A stretch of DNA of 63,587 nt from Octopus bimaculoides (taxonomy: Eukaryota). The stretch is taken from positions 13,185,684 to 13,249,270 of the forward strand of contig NC_068988.1 in assembly GCF_001194135.2 (NCBI RefSeq), written 5' to 3'. Each line of letters begins with the position of its first letter. Within the stretch, counting starts at the first letter, position 1. Shown here in pieces: positions 25,180 through 37,262 of the stretch. The position numbers and the translations under genes were made by a program. Below the pieces are notes generated by a model that was given only the letters and a program-made list of their open reading frames with translations, ran no database searches and had not been told where the DNA came from.

Positions 25180-25600
25180 ACAACAGAGGCTGTTTTTCAA
25201 GTTCAAGAATTTCAGTTTCTCTTTCTTAAAGTAACTGTCAGCAGAAAGAAATGCCAGTCGCATGAGATTTGTTTATGATAGATCTCAACTTGCCAAGGAG
25301 TGACCCACATGCTATGGTTTCAAGATCATTCTTTCTGGCACATGTAGAATGAGACCAGCAGCATCATTGGGCTACCACTGGCTCAGTTTTAGTCTTGAAT
25401 GCATCTTCTTAGCCAGTCCATCAGATATTGCCCTAGTCTGCCAGTCTGCTCACTCTGCTGTTGTGAGTCATGAAGAGGGAGTACTCATGAGTTGACCAAA
25501 TTGGAGTACCACACTCTTGACAGCATCTACCCTCGGAGTCATTGGACCATGCAAATCCTCCACCATTTTCAGCAGCCCTCATGCATTGATAAAATAAATA
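25180..25600 (-). mobile_element. Possible decayed non-LTR retrotransposon RT/thumb fragment
   Basis: GC-richer block. Minus-strand frame PMTPRVDAVKSVVLQFGQLM loosely resembles RLE-clade RT C-terminal motifs. Many stops. Confidence 0.3.
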
Positions 25601-25874
25601 ATCATTTGCATGACGTTATATGATCAATAATATACCATCAGTGGGTAATCAACCTCACTGACCTGAACTTTTACTAGAAAGTATGGTACCTGTTGCTAAC
25701 AACTAACTGCACCGAAATAATGTAGAATAAAATGCTTTCTTCTAGAAAGGTATTAAAACAATAGCAGTAGATTCACGAGCAGGTTGACCTGTTTCCTAGC
25801 TACTGAACCATTTTGTCTCTTCCATGTTATTGTGTGTGGTGTGCATATATGTAAATATGCTCACATACACACAC

Positions 25875-25907
<33 letters not shown>

Positions 25908-26029
25908 TGAGCATACACACACACACATTTACTCATGTGTATGAATGTATAATCAGGAGGGGATGTTTAGAAGCAAATTTAGATGAGAGTGAGTCATTTA
26001 GGGCAGAATTTGTTCATTCATTTTTACAC

Positions 26030-26461
26030 GTATCTCCATGTTAGCATGGGTTAGATGAATGTTATTAAAGCATTGTTTTAGAATCAGATGCCCTTCCTAT
26101 CACTAACCCTTACATGCTTTACAAATGAAGGATATTTTATTTCACATATTTTCAGAGGCAAGAAACAAGCATTTTTTTTTTTGACAAAAGTGACAACACA
26201 TTACTTGTAGCTTATACCTTTCAAAGAGCACAAATGTAAACACACACACACACACACACACGCACGCACGCACGCAATCACGCACGCACGTGCGTACATT
26301 GGGCTTCTTTCAGCTTCCATCCACCAAATTAACTTACAAGGTTTTGGCTGGCCTGAAACTCTAATAGGAGCTCGCCCGATGTGCCACATAGTGGGACTGA
26401 ACTCAATATTATGTGGTTAGAAAGTGAACTTTTCTTAACCACCCACAGCCATACCTGCACC
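26030..26461 (-). mobile_element. SINE family A with 3' module 2 (RTE-type tail)
   Basis: Head near 26461, an internal (CA)/(CACG) tract, and a tail containing GATGCCCTTCCT on the plus strand. Confidence 0.7.
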
Positions 26462-26973
26462 TACTTTTGCAGTTGTATGAAAAATTGTAAATGTTAACAC
26501 GAAAATGATTGTGAAGCCAAAGGTTTGATTAAATCTCTGTGCATGTCATGTTTGTCCCTTGATGGATTTTTCTTGATATTTAATTACAATTTATTCATTA
26601 TGACACTTAAACTGAGAATGCTGGGAGTGGATGTATCTGTTGGAACAAATTAACATTAAACATTTATAGATATCTGATATTTAGTTCATAGAACAGTTGG
26701 TTTTTTTTTTTCTCATTTTGTTTTTTTTTTCTCTCTCTCTTTGGTGGGGAATGGCTTAATTAGTGGTTTGTAGGAGAGGGTTTCTCATCATTCCATTTGT
26801 AAGTATATAAAGCTACCCACTGAGTAATGTACAGAAGGAACTTCTCTCTCCTTATGGTTTCCTTTTATAATACACTCCTTTCTGTCTTTACTTTCCTTTC
26901 ACATTTTATATTACCTGCTTCAGTGGTTTTTATTTTTGATATCTGAATGTTGTCTTAAGTATTTGCTTATGTT

Positions 26974-27025
<52 letters not shown>

Positions 27026-27391
27026 TGTTTTGTTCTTTCCCTCCTCTCCCTCTCATTCAGTTCAGTGATTTCCATTACATTTTATGAAGACTATTTAACA
27101 GGAAATATTGATATGTTAATTTGTTTTTTTCATCCTTATCAAAGGTTGCTCCTGAACAATAGGTGATTTAGCTAAGACTTTCTTTCCTAAGTCTATAGCA
27201 GATTGTGATTATAAACATTACAGCTTCAATGAATTGTTCTTGGTTTTTGCCATTTTCATAACACCTCAGATTCTAATGTCCTTGAGAGAAGCCTAATTGT
27301 TACACAAGGTCATTCTCTTCCCTGAATAAATCTGAGGTCTTGTGCACACATAATATATAATACACAGTTTCAATTGCATGTGTGTATATGT

Positions 27392-27394
<3 letters not shown>

Positions 27395-27438
<44 letters not shown>

Positions 27439-27575
27439 TTAACGTTCATCTTCCATGCTGGCATGGGTTGGAAGGTTTGACAGGAGCTGGCAAGCCAGTA
27501 GATGGCATCAAACTGCATTTTCTATTTTGGCATGCTTTTTACGGCTGGATGCTTTTCATAATGCCAACTACTTTA
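27395..27575 (-). mobile_element. RTE-type 3' tail fragment with a (CAT)n tail
   Basis: (CAT)n-TTTAACGTTCATCTTCCATGCTGGCATGGGTTGG is shared with 35992, 41422 and 63330. Confidence 0.7.
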
Positions 27576-27601
27576 CAGAATAATGTATTTATATATATGT
27601 A

Positions 27602-28474
27602 TACGAGGGGGAACACAAAAGAAACCAGAATTTTCCAATGTTATTTTATTCACTTAGTTTTACATGTTTACACTTTTATCACCTTCGAAGTATTCTCTAT
27701 TTAAAGCAATGCAATGCTTCCAGGTGCATTTTCCACTATTTGAAGCAGTGCTGGAACTCGTGTGAAGTGACACCTTTTAACACCTCCGTCATTTTTTTCT
27801 TCATCTCTTCCACATCTGCAGATTCCATAGCACCAGCTTTTGTCACCAGTGATGACCTTTCGAAAAAAAGGCCTGGATCAACTTCCAACTGTTCTTTCAG
27901 TTCACAACACGCATTCAGTCATGACTGCTTTTGATCTTCCGTGAGCAAGCAAGACACAAATTTTGCTGCAATGCTTTTCATTCACAATTCCTTGCTCAAA
28001 ATTCGTTGGCAGTCATATCAACAAGTTCATCAATTGTTCAGTGATGGTCCTCCAAGATCAATTCATGGATTTCCATGATGTTTTCATTCATTTGGGAGGT
28101 CAACAGTCGTCCTGAATGAAGTTGGTCCTCAAACGACAAGTGACCATTCCTAAAGCATGAAAATCACTCGTAAACTTGTGTTTTGCTCACGGCAGTGTCC
28201 TTGTAAAGTGTTTGAAGCATGGCAAGTGTTTTGGCCACCATTTTCCCCAGTAGAAATCAGCATTTCACAGAAGCACACTGTTCCTTTGTTTCAACCATCG
28301 CAAAAATTAATGAACAAAGACATGCCACATGGCAGTACAACCTCATTCAACAATGCCAGTCAGCAGACTGATGCCTGAGGGTTGCATCAAGTGGCTTCTA
28401 GCAGTGGAAGCCTGAACTACAATGGGCTTGTCCCACAGAGAATGTTTCCGGTCACTTCTGGGTACTCCCTCATA
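27602..28474 (-). mobile_element. Internally deleted mariner (DD34D-type) element with both TIRs
   Basis: 27-bp TIRs with 19/27 identity (CGAGGGGGAACACAAAAGAAACCAGAA vs TGAGGGAGTACCCAGAAGTGACCGGAA), flanked by TA. Decayed transposase MVETKEQCASVK...IAAKFV...VITGDKSWCYG is fused to C-terminal DVEEMK...FQHCFK. Confidence 0.9.
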
Positions 28475-28482
28475 TATGTGTA

Positions 28483-28539
<57 letters not shown>

Positions 28540-28612
28540 GTGTGTGTGTTTAGTTTCAATTAATTTGCAACAAATTATTTTAAAAATGTATACATATTTG
28601 AAGATGTCATTT

Positions 28613-28831
28613 TGTTGTGTGGATGCCCCCAGGTGATAAGTAGGCTAGTCCAATATGTATAAATAGTAGACGTGATAGCTATTCGGAGAAGCATAGCATA
28701 GAGTGAGCCAGGGCTGTTGGTAGACTAGTCGTTGAGTTCTGTTAAGTCGAGTTGTCGGAAGTGAGAGTTCAGTAGTTGAGTAGAGGTACGTTATTGGCGA
28801 AAGGCACACCATCCGAACATGCGATATAACA
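28613..28831. mobile_element. Solo LTR (219 bp) with a perfect 5-bp TSD
   Basis: Starts TGTT, ends AACA, and is flanked by CATTT on both sides (28608-28612 and 28832-28836). Internal TATAAATA at 28658. CpGs are retained. Confidence 0.8.
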
Positions 28832-30364
28832 CATTTATGTCATCAAATTGGGGAACTGAAAACAATTACTGTGATACTGATATATCCATAAAAATATCAA
28901 GAAATCAAATCCAGTGAGGGACTTGTTAGCAAGCTTCCATGAATCCCATAAATATATCAGGTTTTATTTACAGTTCGATATTGAATGCTGTTTATATAAA
29001 ATACGTTCCTCAACTTCATTTAACATAGCTGAAAATTTGCTGTCACTACAAATTAATAGTTATTATTTGGATGGGTATCCTTTACCAAATATTCTGGGAA
29101 AAGATTAATAAGAAAAATAAATTTGATAATTATCTGGATCTTCTACAATGATTTTGTTCTGAAATTTTTAATCAGTATATAAAACTTAAACTACCCATTA
29201 GTTGGTTTATTTTCACAAACCAAAATAATTTTATCAAATAGTCTCCCTTAAGGATATAAATATTATTTGCAAGAAACATTGTGTTAAATTTAAAAACCAA
29301 GATAAATTTTGATTGGTTTTTACAATATAAATGACAATATAGTAAATACTGTTCCAAGAATATAGTAATTATTGTCTTTGTATGTTACCTATGGGATGAT
29401 AATAATAATAAAGAAATATTAACTCTGCTGATGTGTACATATATTTCACTCTCTTATTGCATATAATTTGATGTTAGTTATTCCCATCACAACTAGTATG
29501 ATTATAACTAAGTTATCCACTATCACATGTAAATAGTGTCGTTTGAAATTTAAGGCAATATTAATAAATTAGCTATCACTAAAAACAAATCATTTCACTG
29601 AATTGCAGATATATTTCTAAGTAAAGAAGTATTCCCTGACAAATTTTTCAGAATATCAAAAATTCTCTTCAAGACAAACATTAGTTTTAATGGTATCAAC
29701 ATTTTACCTGTATTCCTAAATTTGGTACTGTTAAACTTCAAACAAACATTTAAGATATTTTTATTTTAGTATTCAGTCGGTGGTGGGAGGGTGACACCCA
29801 TGATCCTTCATTTTTGGAGCCTTTCAAGATTGATGAAAGGAGAGGTGGATGTTATTTTCAAACTGGAGATTTGGCCTTGAATGGTTGCAAAAGAGTTAGA
29901 CTCCTTTAAAGGTATCCTAGGACCATGTGGTGGTGTTAAAACAGAAAGTAGATTAAGTATAACACCTAAGAACACAACACTCAAAGAACTGAAATAAATA
30001 CCACAAGGTATCTTGTCTGATGCTCTCAGAATTTTTCCAAACCATAACCTTCAACTGGTGCTTTGTTTTATTGACTCTGAAAGAATAAAGGAAAAGCTGA
30101 CTTCTTTGGGATTTGAACTCAGAAAATCCGAACATATCCCACAAAATATTTTGTCCTATTCTTTAACAATTCTGCCTATTTGTCATCATGATGAGATCTA
30201 ACATAAAAGTTTCTCCTTTTATACATATTCATAATTTGAGATTGAGTTGGTATCGATTCTTATTTATCAATTTCATCTATATTACTTGTACTTATTTAAT
30301 ATATTCACATAGTAATTATTATTTACTATATAGTATTTATTTTTAATGTATATTTATTGTAGTA

Positions 30365-30786
30365 GGCAGACATAGCTTTGTGATAAGACATTTTATAACC
30401 ATGTGGCTTTGTGTTGAGTCCTACTGCATGGCAGCTTAAGCAAGTGTCTCCTACTATAGTCCCAGATTGACCAAAGCCTCATGAAGAGATTTGGTTAGCA
30501 GAAACTAAATGTGTGTGTGTTTGTGTAGTCATTCATTCATGTCTCCTTGTCTTGACATTATGTGCAAGTTGTAAATCTAATGCCACCATCATACATATCG
30601 TGTTGTTTGTTTGAAATCTACATTGAAATCATGTTCAGCCATTGTGCTGTTTGTGTACAGAGAACAAGGAGAAGTGGAGATCGATGACAGGAAGTGTACC
30701 CAACCATGCAATATCTGCCACAACAAATTTCATCTGACTTATGTAAGCATGGAAAAATAGACATTAAAGTGATGATGTTGATGATG
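30365..30786 (+). mobile_element. SINE family A with 3' module 2
   Basis: Decayed head, CAAGTGTCTCCTACTATAG, a (GT)n hinge, a GTCTTGACAT module and a GATGATG tail. Confidence 0.7.
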
Positions 30787-31602
30787 TATAATATAGTTTG
30801 AAATTAAATTTCATAAACCTGAAATCAAAAGTTGCTGACAAACATGTCAAAAATTAATGTTCTTTGTGCCAATTAAATTAGGTATATATCAGAATTCTTG
30901 GAAAGCTGATAGTATATTTATATTTTATGGTGATCAAGTTGCACTAATAATAAATAGTTAATCCCTACATGAACGCCTCAAGTAAGGGATGAACCATTGC
31001 TTCTCAACCTGCTAGAAATAGTAACCAAATCTTTTCTAACCTATACCCTAAAGCATTTTAAGAAAAATAGGGGTTGCACTGAATAAGTAATCCTACATTA
31101 CACTGTTTGAAATAAAGATCAAGTAGAACAGTTTAGGTAAGTTTTCTCAATCCGGGCTAATCTGGGAGCTAAGCAACAACCACAGTTTTTGTTAAGGAAA
31201 ATGGTGACAGTAATAAAAATTCTGTTACTTAGATAATTTTAATGTTATTGGCTTCAGATACAGCATAATGACCAAGATCCATAATATTTTAATGTTCCAG
31301 AGATGAAAGATTGACGTCATATGACGAAGAGGTTTTTTTTTTATGTGATATCAGAGATCAATTAATGTTGTAAAATTTTTTAACCACTTTTGATTAGCAA
31401 CAATGGAGAAGATGAAAAGGGTTCCATAGCAAAAAGAATAATATTTTATTGAACTATGCAAGAGAGACTTAGTGGAATTGGTTGGTAGTTAATTAAAGAA
31501 TCCAAAACATAAGGAGAGCGGTTGCCTATAAAATGTGAAGAACAGTAAATATGTTAGTAGTAATAAAAGGAACCAAAGGAGTTTTAGAGAAAAGATTGTG
31601 TG

Positions 31603-31647
<45 letters not shown>

Positions 31648-31960
31648 TTATGTATCATCATCCTTTTAATGTCTACTTTTCCATGCAAAAATGGATCAGA
31701 TGGAATTCATTGAGACAGATTTTCTGCAGTGAGATGTCCTTCCTGCCACCAACCCTCATCTGTTTCCAAGTCACACTTTCTCATGGCCAGATGTTTTTGC
31801 AGAATATTGGAAATGAATGACACTGCTTGTATGGCAGAGACATTCATTTACACCTATCCTGTGATGTCAAGATAAGAAGACACACACACACAAGAATACA
31901 TACAGATATACATACCTGTATACATAAATGCATAAATACATATGTATGTATGTACATACA

Positions 31961-32410
31961 TACATAAGAGACAGGTATGCAGAAAAAGTACTAAAATATG
32001 ATAACTGGTGCAGACTTTGTGGAGTTAACGCCAAAGATATCACCCACATCATAAGCAGTCGTCCGAAAATGTCATCACGGTATCTACTGATGAGACATGA
32101 TGTTGTAGCTAGGACACTGTATAATGAGATCCATCAGAAGGATAAGCCTGAGACCAAAGAAATAAGATCCTACAATATGGTAGAAGCCATAGCCATTCAT
32201 AATAAAAAGGAGTACTGGTGAAATGTCCCAGTGAAAACCTCAATAAAATATGAACATAATAGATCTGACATAGTAATTTGGGATAGAGAAGAGAAGCTGT
32301 ATACAGTGGTGGAAATCAGCTGCCCGGTAGATGTTGGCATAAAGCTAAAGATCAGTGAAAAAGAAAATACCTATGCTGATCTATTGAGGAATCTACAGCT
32401 ATTCTATCCA
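31961..32410 (+). mobile_element. R4/Dong-like non-LTR retrotransposon fragment (CCHC knuckle and restriction-like endonuclease)
   Basis: ORFs 31928-32221 and 32231-32446 share one frame with a single TGA. They give CRLC...H, RHD, NRSDIVIWD (PD motif), VVEISCP and K...Y. Confidence 0.85.
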
Positions 32411-32424
32411 GCACCTTTACAGCA

Positions 32425-32740
32425 TTGGGCCTCATGGAGGCAATGACTGAGATCTTTGGCATTATGTTGTGCTTAAGAAGAAGACCCATCAAGCCAAGTA
32501 AAATTGCAGTCCTGGCAGATACTGATGTCACACAAATGACACCCATGCTGGTGGTACATAAAAGCACTCATTACACTCTCAGAGTGGTTGGTATTAGGAA
32601 GGGCATCCAACCATAGAAATCATGCCAAATCAGACTGGAGTCTGGTGTAGCCTTCCAGCTAGCCAGCCCTGGTCAAACCATCCAACCCATACTAGCATGG
32701 ACAACGGACATTAAATGACAGTGATGATGATGATGATGAT
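32425..32740 (+). mobile_element. RTE-type 3' UTR and tail
   Basis: GGTTGGTATTAGGAAGGGCATCCA ... CCAACCCATACTAGCATGG ... (GAT)n. Confidence 0.8.
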
Positions 32741-33277
32741 ATATATAAAAGAACAACTTTCATATTTATTCCTAATATGTTCTGGCAGATTTAAACATGA
32801 ATATGCTAATTGCTGTTGTGTTTGATCACAGGAAAACAGCTTCTCTTTGACAACAAATATGTATTCATAACACACCCAATTCATTAGTGCAAGGGATTCT
32901 GGGTCAGCTGGTGTTTTGCCATCATTGTGTCTTGTCAGGCAGAAGTACCTCCAGACCAATGAATCTAATTCATAGCTATCAGTTGTATGTATGATCTAGT
33001 TGCATGTACCATGCTTTCACTAATTGTTTTAGGTGCCTATGCAGTTGTGAGCAAGCATAGATGCCTTCTTGATTCCCACACCCATTGACCCAGTGGAACA
33101 TCGAGGATATGGAAGCTGGAGGGAGAGGGGGGCTGCAACAGCACTAGGCCAGTACTTGTTTTCAGCTTATATCAACATGAAATGAAGTGTCTTACGCAAG
33201 GATGCCATTTGGGTCTAGGAATTGAATCTACAACCCTTTGGTCATGAGCCTAACATGTTAACCATAAGGCCACATGC

Positions 33278-33327
<50 letters not shown>

Positions 33328-34254
33328 TGGCCCTGTAAGTCAGATTTGGATCAATTTATAATGAATTAATGAATGTCAAATAATCAAGAGATGACCCTGT
33401 TCTAAAGAGCTATCGATATTTTAGTTAGAAAAAAATTGCCTTGTGGTATTTAGTTTCAGCACTTTATGTTCTGTGTTCAGATCCCACTTAGGTCATCTTT
33501 ATTTTTCACCCTTCTGGGACCAATAAAATAAAGTACTAGTTACATACTAGCATTGATAAGATCAACTACACCCTTCCCAAAATATTCGACCTTTATGCTA
33601 ATAATTTAGTAATAGTAAACAAAACCAAAGGAAAATATGATATTGGGATCAATTGTAGAGATTTTCCAGCATCACACAAAAAAAAAAGTGATGTGAAGAT
33701 TAATTAATCTTTTCAGCCCTGTTTTGCTAAAGGAGCTCTGAAAGGTTAATCTGTTTTCCTTTTGATCCATATATGAAAATAACTTTATTTGTGTAAAGAC
33801 ATTGCTTTTGTAATAGTTCAAATTGTAAATAACAACAATAGCTCTTTCCTTGGCCATATGCCATGGAAAGAAGTAAATGACATAAAATGCTTTTATAAAG
33901 GATATAGATTGAATTTGAATGTCTCATTCTTTGGTATGTTTACGTACTATTGATCTCATTGGCAAACACTGAATGTCTCACAGGTAAGACGTGGGTGGAT
34001 TCAGTATTTAAACATAAGCTGGAGGAAAATTAATCATACACACACACATACGCATATATATTACAATCTGTCTTCTCTTATCTTGATGATAGCACTACAC
34101 TATATGGTAAATATATTTTCCCTTTTTACATGTATTTGAAGAATAAATTCAGTTTCATGGTTGTCTTTGGAAATTTCAAAATTATTATTATAAAAGCAGA
34201 GAGCAACCTTGCACTTTTTTTTCTGAAAATCTAAAGTTACTAATACCGAATACT

Positions 34255-34435
34255 AAGGCTGTGAGCTAGCAGAATTGTTAGTATGCTGAGCAAAATGCTT
34301 AGCCACCAAGGTCAACTTTGCCTTTCATCCTTTTGGGGTTGATAAAATAAGTACCAGTTGAGGACTTGGGGTGATGTAATCAACTCACCCCTTCCCTTGA
34401 ACTTGCTGGCCTTGTGCCAAAACTTGAAACCAATA
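34255..34435 (+). mobile_element. SINE family B with an internal deletion
   Basis: GAGCTAGCAGAATTGTTAG is joined directly to CAAGGTCAACTTTGCCTTTCATCC; the B-box segment is missing relative to the copy at 48962. Confidence 0.75.
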
Positions 34436-34790
34436 ATATCAAATATTAATAGTCTTATTCTTAATTGTCTAGATTCTTAAAAGATTATTTTCACTCTTCA
34501 CATGTTTTGGATGTTAAACTAAGGTTGTTGTTGTTGTTGAGGCCCAAGTCAGTCTTGATTGCTTAGACATCTAATCAAGGTATTTCAACTTTGGCCATCC
34601 TGTGTTTTACCTATATACAAGGAATCCAAGAGGATACTATCCAATGTGTCATTTTCTTAGAAGTGGAAATATGATTTGAGAGATATTCAGCTACTATTTC
34701 TAGCAGGATGAATAACCACAAAGAGACTCTAAAACAAGTCCTTCCTCCTAAGGCTTAAATACAGTAATCTTTATAAGTACTAAACCAATA

Positions 34791-35087
34791 TTACTTTTCT
34801 ACGGCTTCAATAATCCATCTTAAATTATTTGTCAATCCTTCCTTTTTTCCTATATTGCATAGATCTTTCCATGAAATTTTGCCAGTCATAAGTTTTTGTT
34901 CAATTTCTCTATGATCTGTAGAAATGTGTCTTAAATCTGAAAAGTCCAAGTCTTGATAATTGAATAACACTTGGTTAGCTATGTAGTCTATATCAGCTGC
35001 CTCACTTTCTTCAATTTCTGCTATTGTAAATATGCAGGTCAATCCTTCCCCTATCCTTCCTAAACTGTTTGAGTCATTCATATACAT
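34791..35087 (-). other. Orphan 98-codon ORF with coding-like composition (exon or decayed foreign/TE gene)
   Basis: Acidic, globular-looking peptide (EIEESEAADIDYIANQVLFNYQDLDFSDLRH). Purine-rich first codon positions. Non-repetitive. No homolog recognised. Confidence 0.3.
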
Positions 35088-35608
35088 TGTGTGGTTTCAT
35101 GTGAAGTAGTGAAATACCAGGATATTGTAAAGATAATACTTCAATATAGTTGTGTTTTATGATGAAGAATTCTTGCATTGTAAAGAATTTCATTTACCCA
35201 TCCACCAATTCTTTGATCTAAAGAAACAAGTAATTGTAATAATAAAAGGTTTTCTCAATTGTACTCGTATTAAGACTGCCCCAAGGTATATCTAGAATGC
35301 TGGCAGTTCATATAAACTAACAGACATTTATCAACTTAGCAAAATTTCTTAGCTATATTTTGGCATTGAACCTAGATCTGGTGAATGTACTGCTGCTTTC
35401 ATAGAAAAACTGGTGTTAGAGAAAGAAGTTGATTGTATATTTGAGGTTTTATTTCTTTTATTGTGTAAAGTATGTATGTAGCCTTAGGCAAACCAAAATC
35501 TTGTGAGTATATTTGGTAGATGGAAACTGAAAGAAACCCTCGTGTGTCTGTGTGTATCTATGTATGTATGTATGTATGTTTGTTTGTATATATATATATA
35601 TATATATA

Positions 35609-35708
35609 NNNNNNNNNNNNNNNNNNNNNNNNNNNNNNNNNNNNNNNNNNNNNNNNNNNNNNNNNNNNNNNNNNNNNNNNNNNNNNNNNNNNNNNNNNNN
35701 NNNNNNNN
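35609..35708. other. Assembly gap (100 N)
   Basis: Run of N. Confidence 0.99.
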
Positions 35709-35991
35709 ATGTATAATTGTTAAAGAAGACAACAAACGTTAAGGCAAGTCATATACATTATTATTATTATTATTGGAAAAAATTCAAAGTCTTACAGCTG
35801 TTTTTGACATATCCCAGAGCATAGGATATTCCATTATCAGAGACAAATGGAAATCTGCAATGGCTCCATAACTACCATCTCAGTTACAACCTTGGAGCCC
35901 TAGTAATCTGTTACAGCACTTACCTAGCGTACCTAATCATTTAGATCACCTGTGAACAAAGCCCCCTCACTTTATAAGTATGTGTATGTAT

Positions 35992-37262
35992 CATTATCAT
36001 CATCGTTTAACATCCGCTTTCCAAGCTGGTATGGGTTGGACAGTTTGACTGAGGACTGGCAGAGTTTCTACAGCTGGATACCCTTCCTAACGCCAACCAC
36101 TCTGAGAGTGTAATGGGTGCTTTTACGTGCCACTGGCATGAGGGCCAGTCAGGCGGTAATGGTGACGGCCATGCTCAAATGGGTTTTTTTTATGTTCCAC
36201 CTGCACAGGAGCCAGTCCAGTGGCACTGGCAACAACCTCGCTCAAATGTTGTTTTTCACATGCAACCGGCACAAGTGCCAGTAAGGCAACACTGGTAATG
36301 ATCATGCTCGAATGATGCTTTTTATGTGCCACTGGCATGGGTGCCAGTCAGCGGCCCTGGCAACGATCATGCTCTGGATGGTGCTGTTAACGTTCCACTA
36401 GCACAGGTGCCAGTCAGGCAGTGCTGTCATCAGCCACGTCAGCGAATTTGATTTTGATTGTGATTTCACTTGCCTCAACAGGTCTTCGCAAGCAATGCAT
36501 AAGTAGGCTGGTTACACCACTGGCATAGGCCACGGGTTATGGTCTCACTTGGCTTGCCAGGTCTTCTCAAGCACTGCATATTTCCAACTGTCTCGGTCAC
36601 TAGTCATTGCCTTGGTGAGGCCCAATATTCGAAGATCGTGCTTCACCACCTCATCCCAGGTCTTCCTGAGTCTACCTCTTCCACAGATTCCTTAAACTGC
36701 TAGGGTGTGACACTTTTTCACACAGGTATCCTCATCCATCGCACCACATGTCCATAGCAGCACAGTCGTCTCACTTGCATACCACATCTGATGCTCCTTA
36801 GGACCAACTTTTCTCTCAAGGTGCAGTCACAGCCCATGTTTCACTGCCATGTAGCATAGCTGTTCATGCACATGCATCATACAGTCTACCTTTTACTCTG
36901 AGCGAGAGGCCCTTTGTCACTAGCAGAGGTAGCAGCTCTCTGAACTTTGCCTAGACTATTCTTATTCTAGCAGCTACACTTTCAGACCGTCCACCCCACT
37001 ACTGACTTGGTCACCTAGGTAACGGAAGCTGTCTACTACTTCTAGTTTTTCTCCCTGGAATGTGACAGAAACTGTTCTCTGCATATTTCCAGTGTTTATT
37101 GCTCCTGAGCATCTGCCACATACAAAAACTATCTTCCTAGTTAACCTTCCTTTGATATTGCTGCCCCTCTTATATGTCCATAGCTTACTCTGGGTACATC
37201 TTATAGAGTTTCTACCTATGCCTTTTCTACAGATCAAGTAGGGCCATCTACCTGAAGGGATT
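35992..37262 (-). mobile_element. 5'-truncated RTE-clade LINE (RT C-terminal half, 3' UTR and (ATG)n tail)
   Basis: ORF 36974-37237 gives CRKGIGRNSIRC...GEKLEVVDSFRYLGD. The downstream decayed region resembles the RTE C-terminus. The 3' UTR has tandem GTGCCACTGGCATG motifs. Confidence 0.9.
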
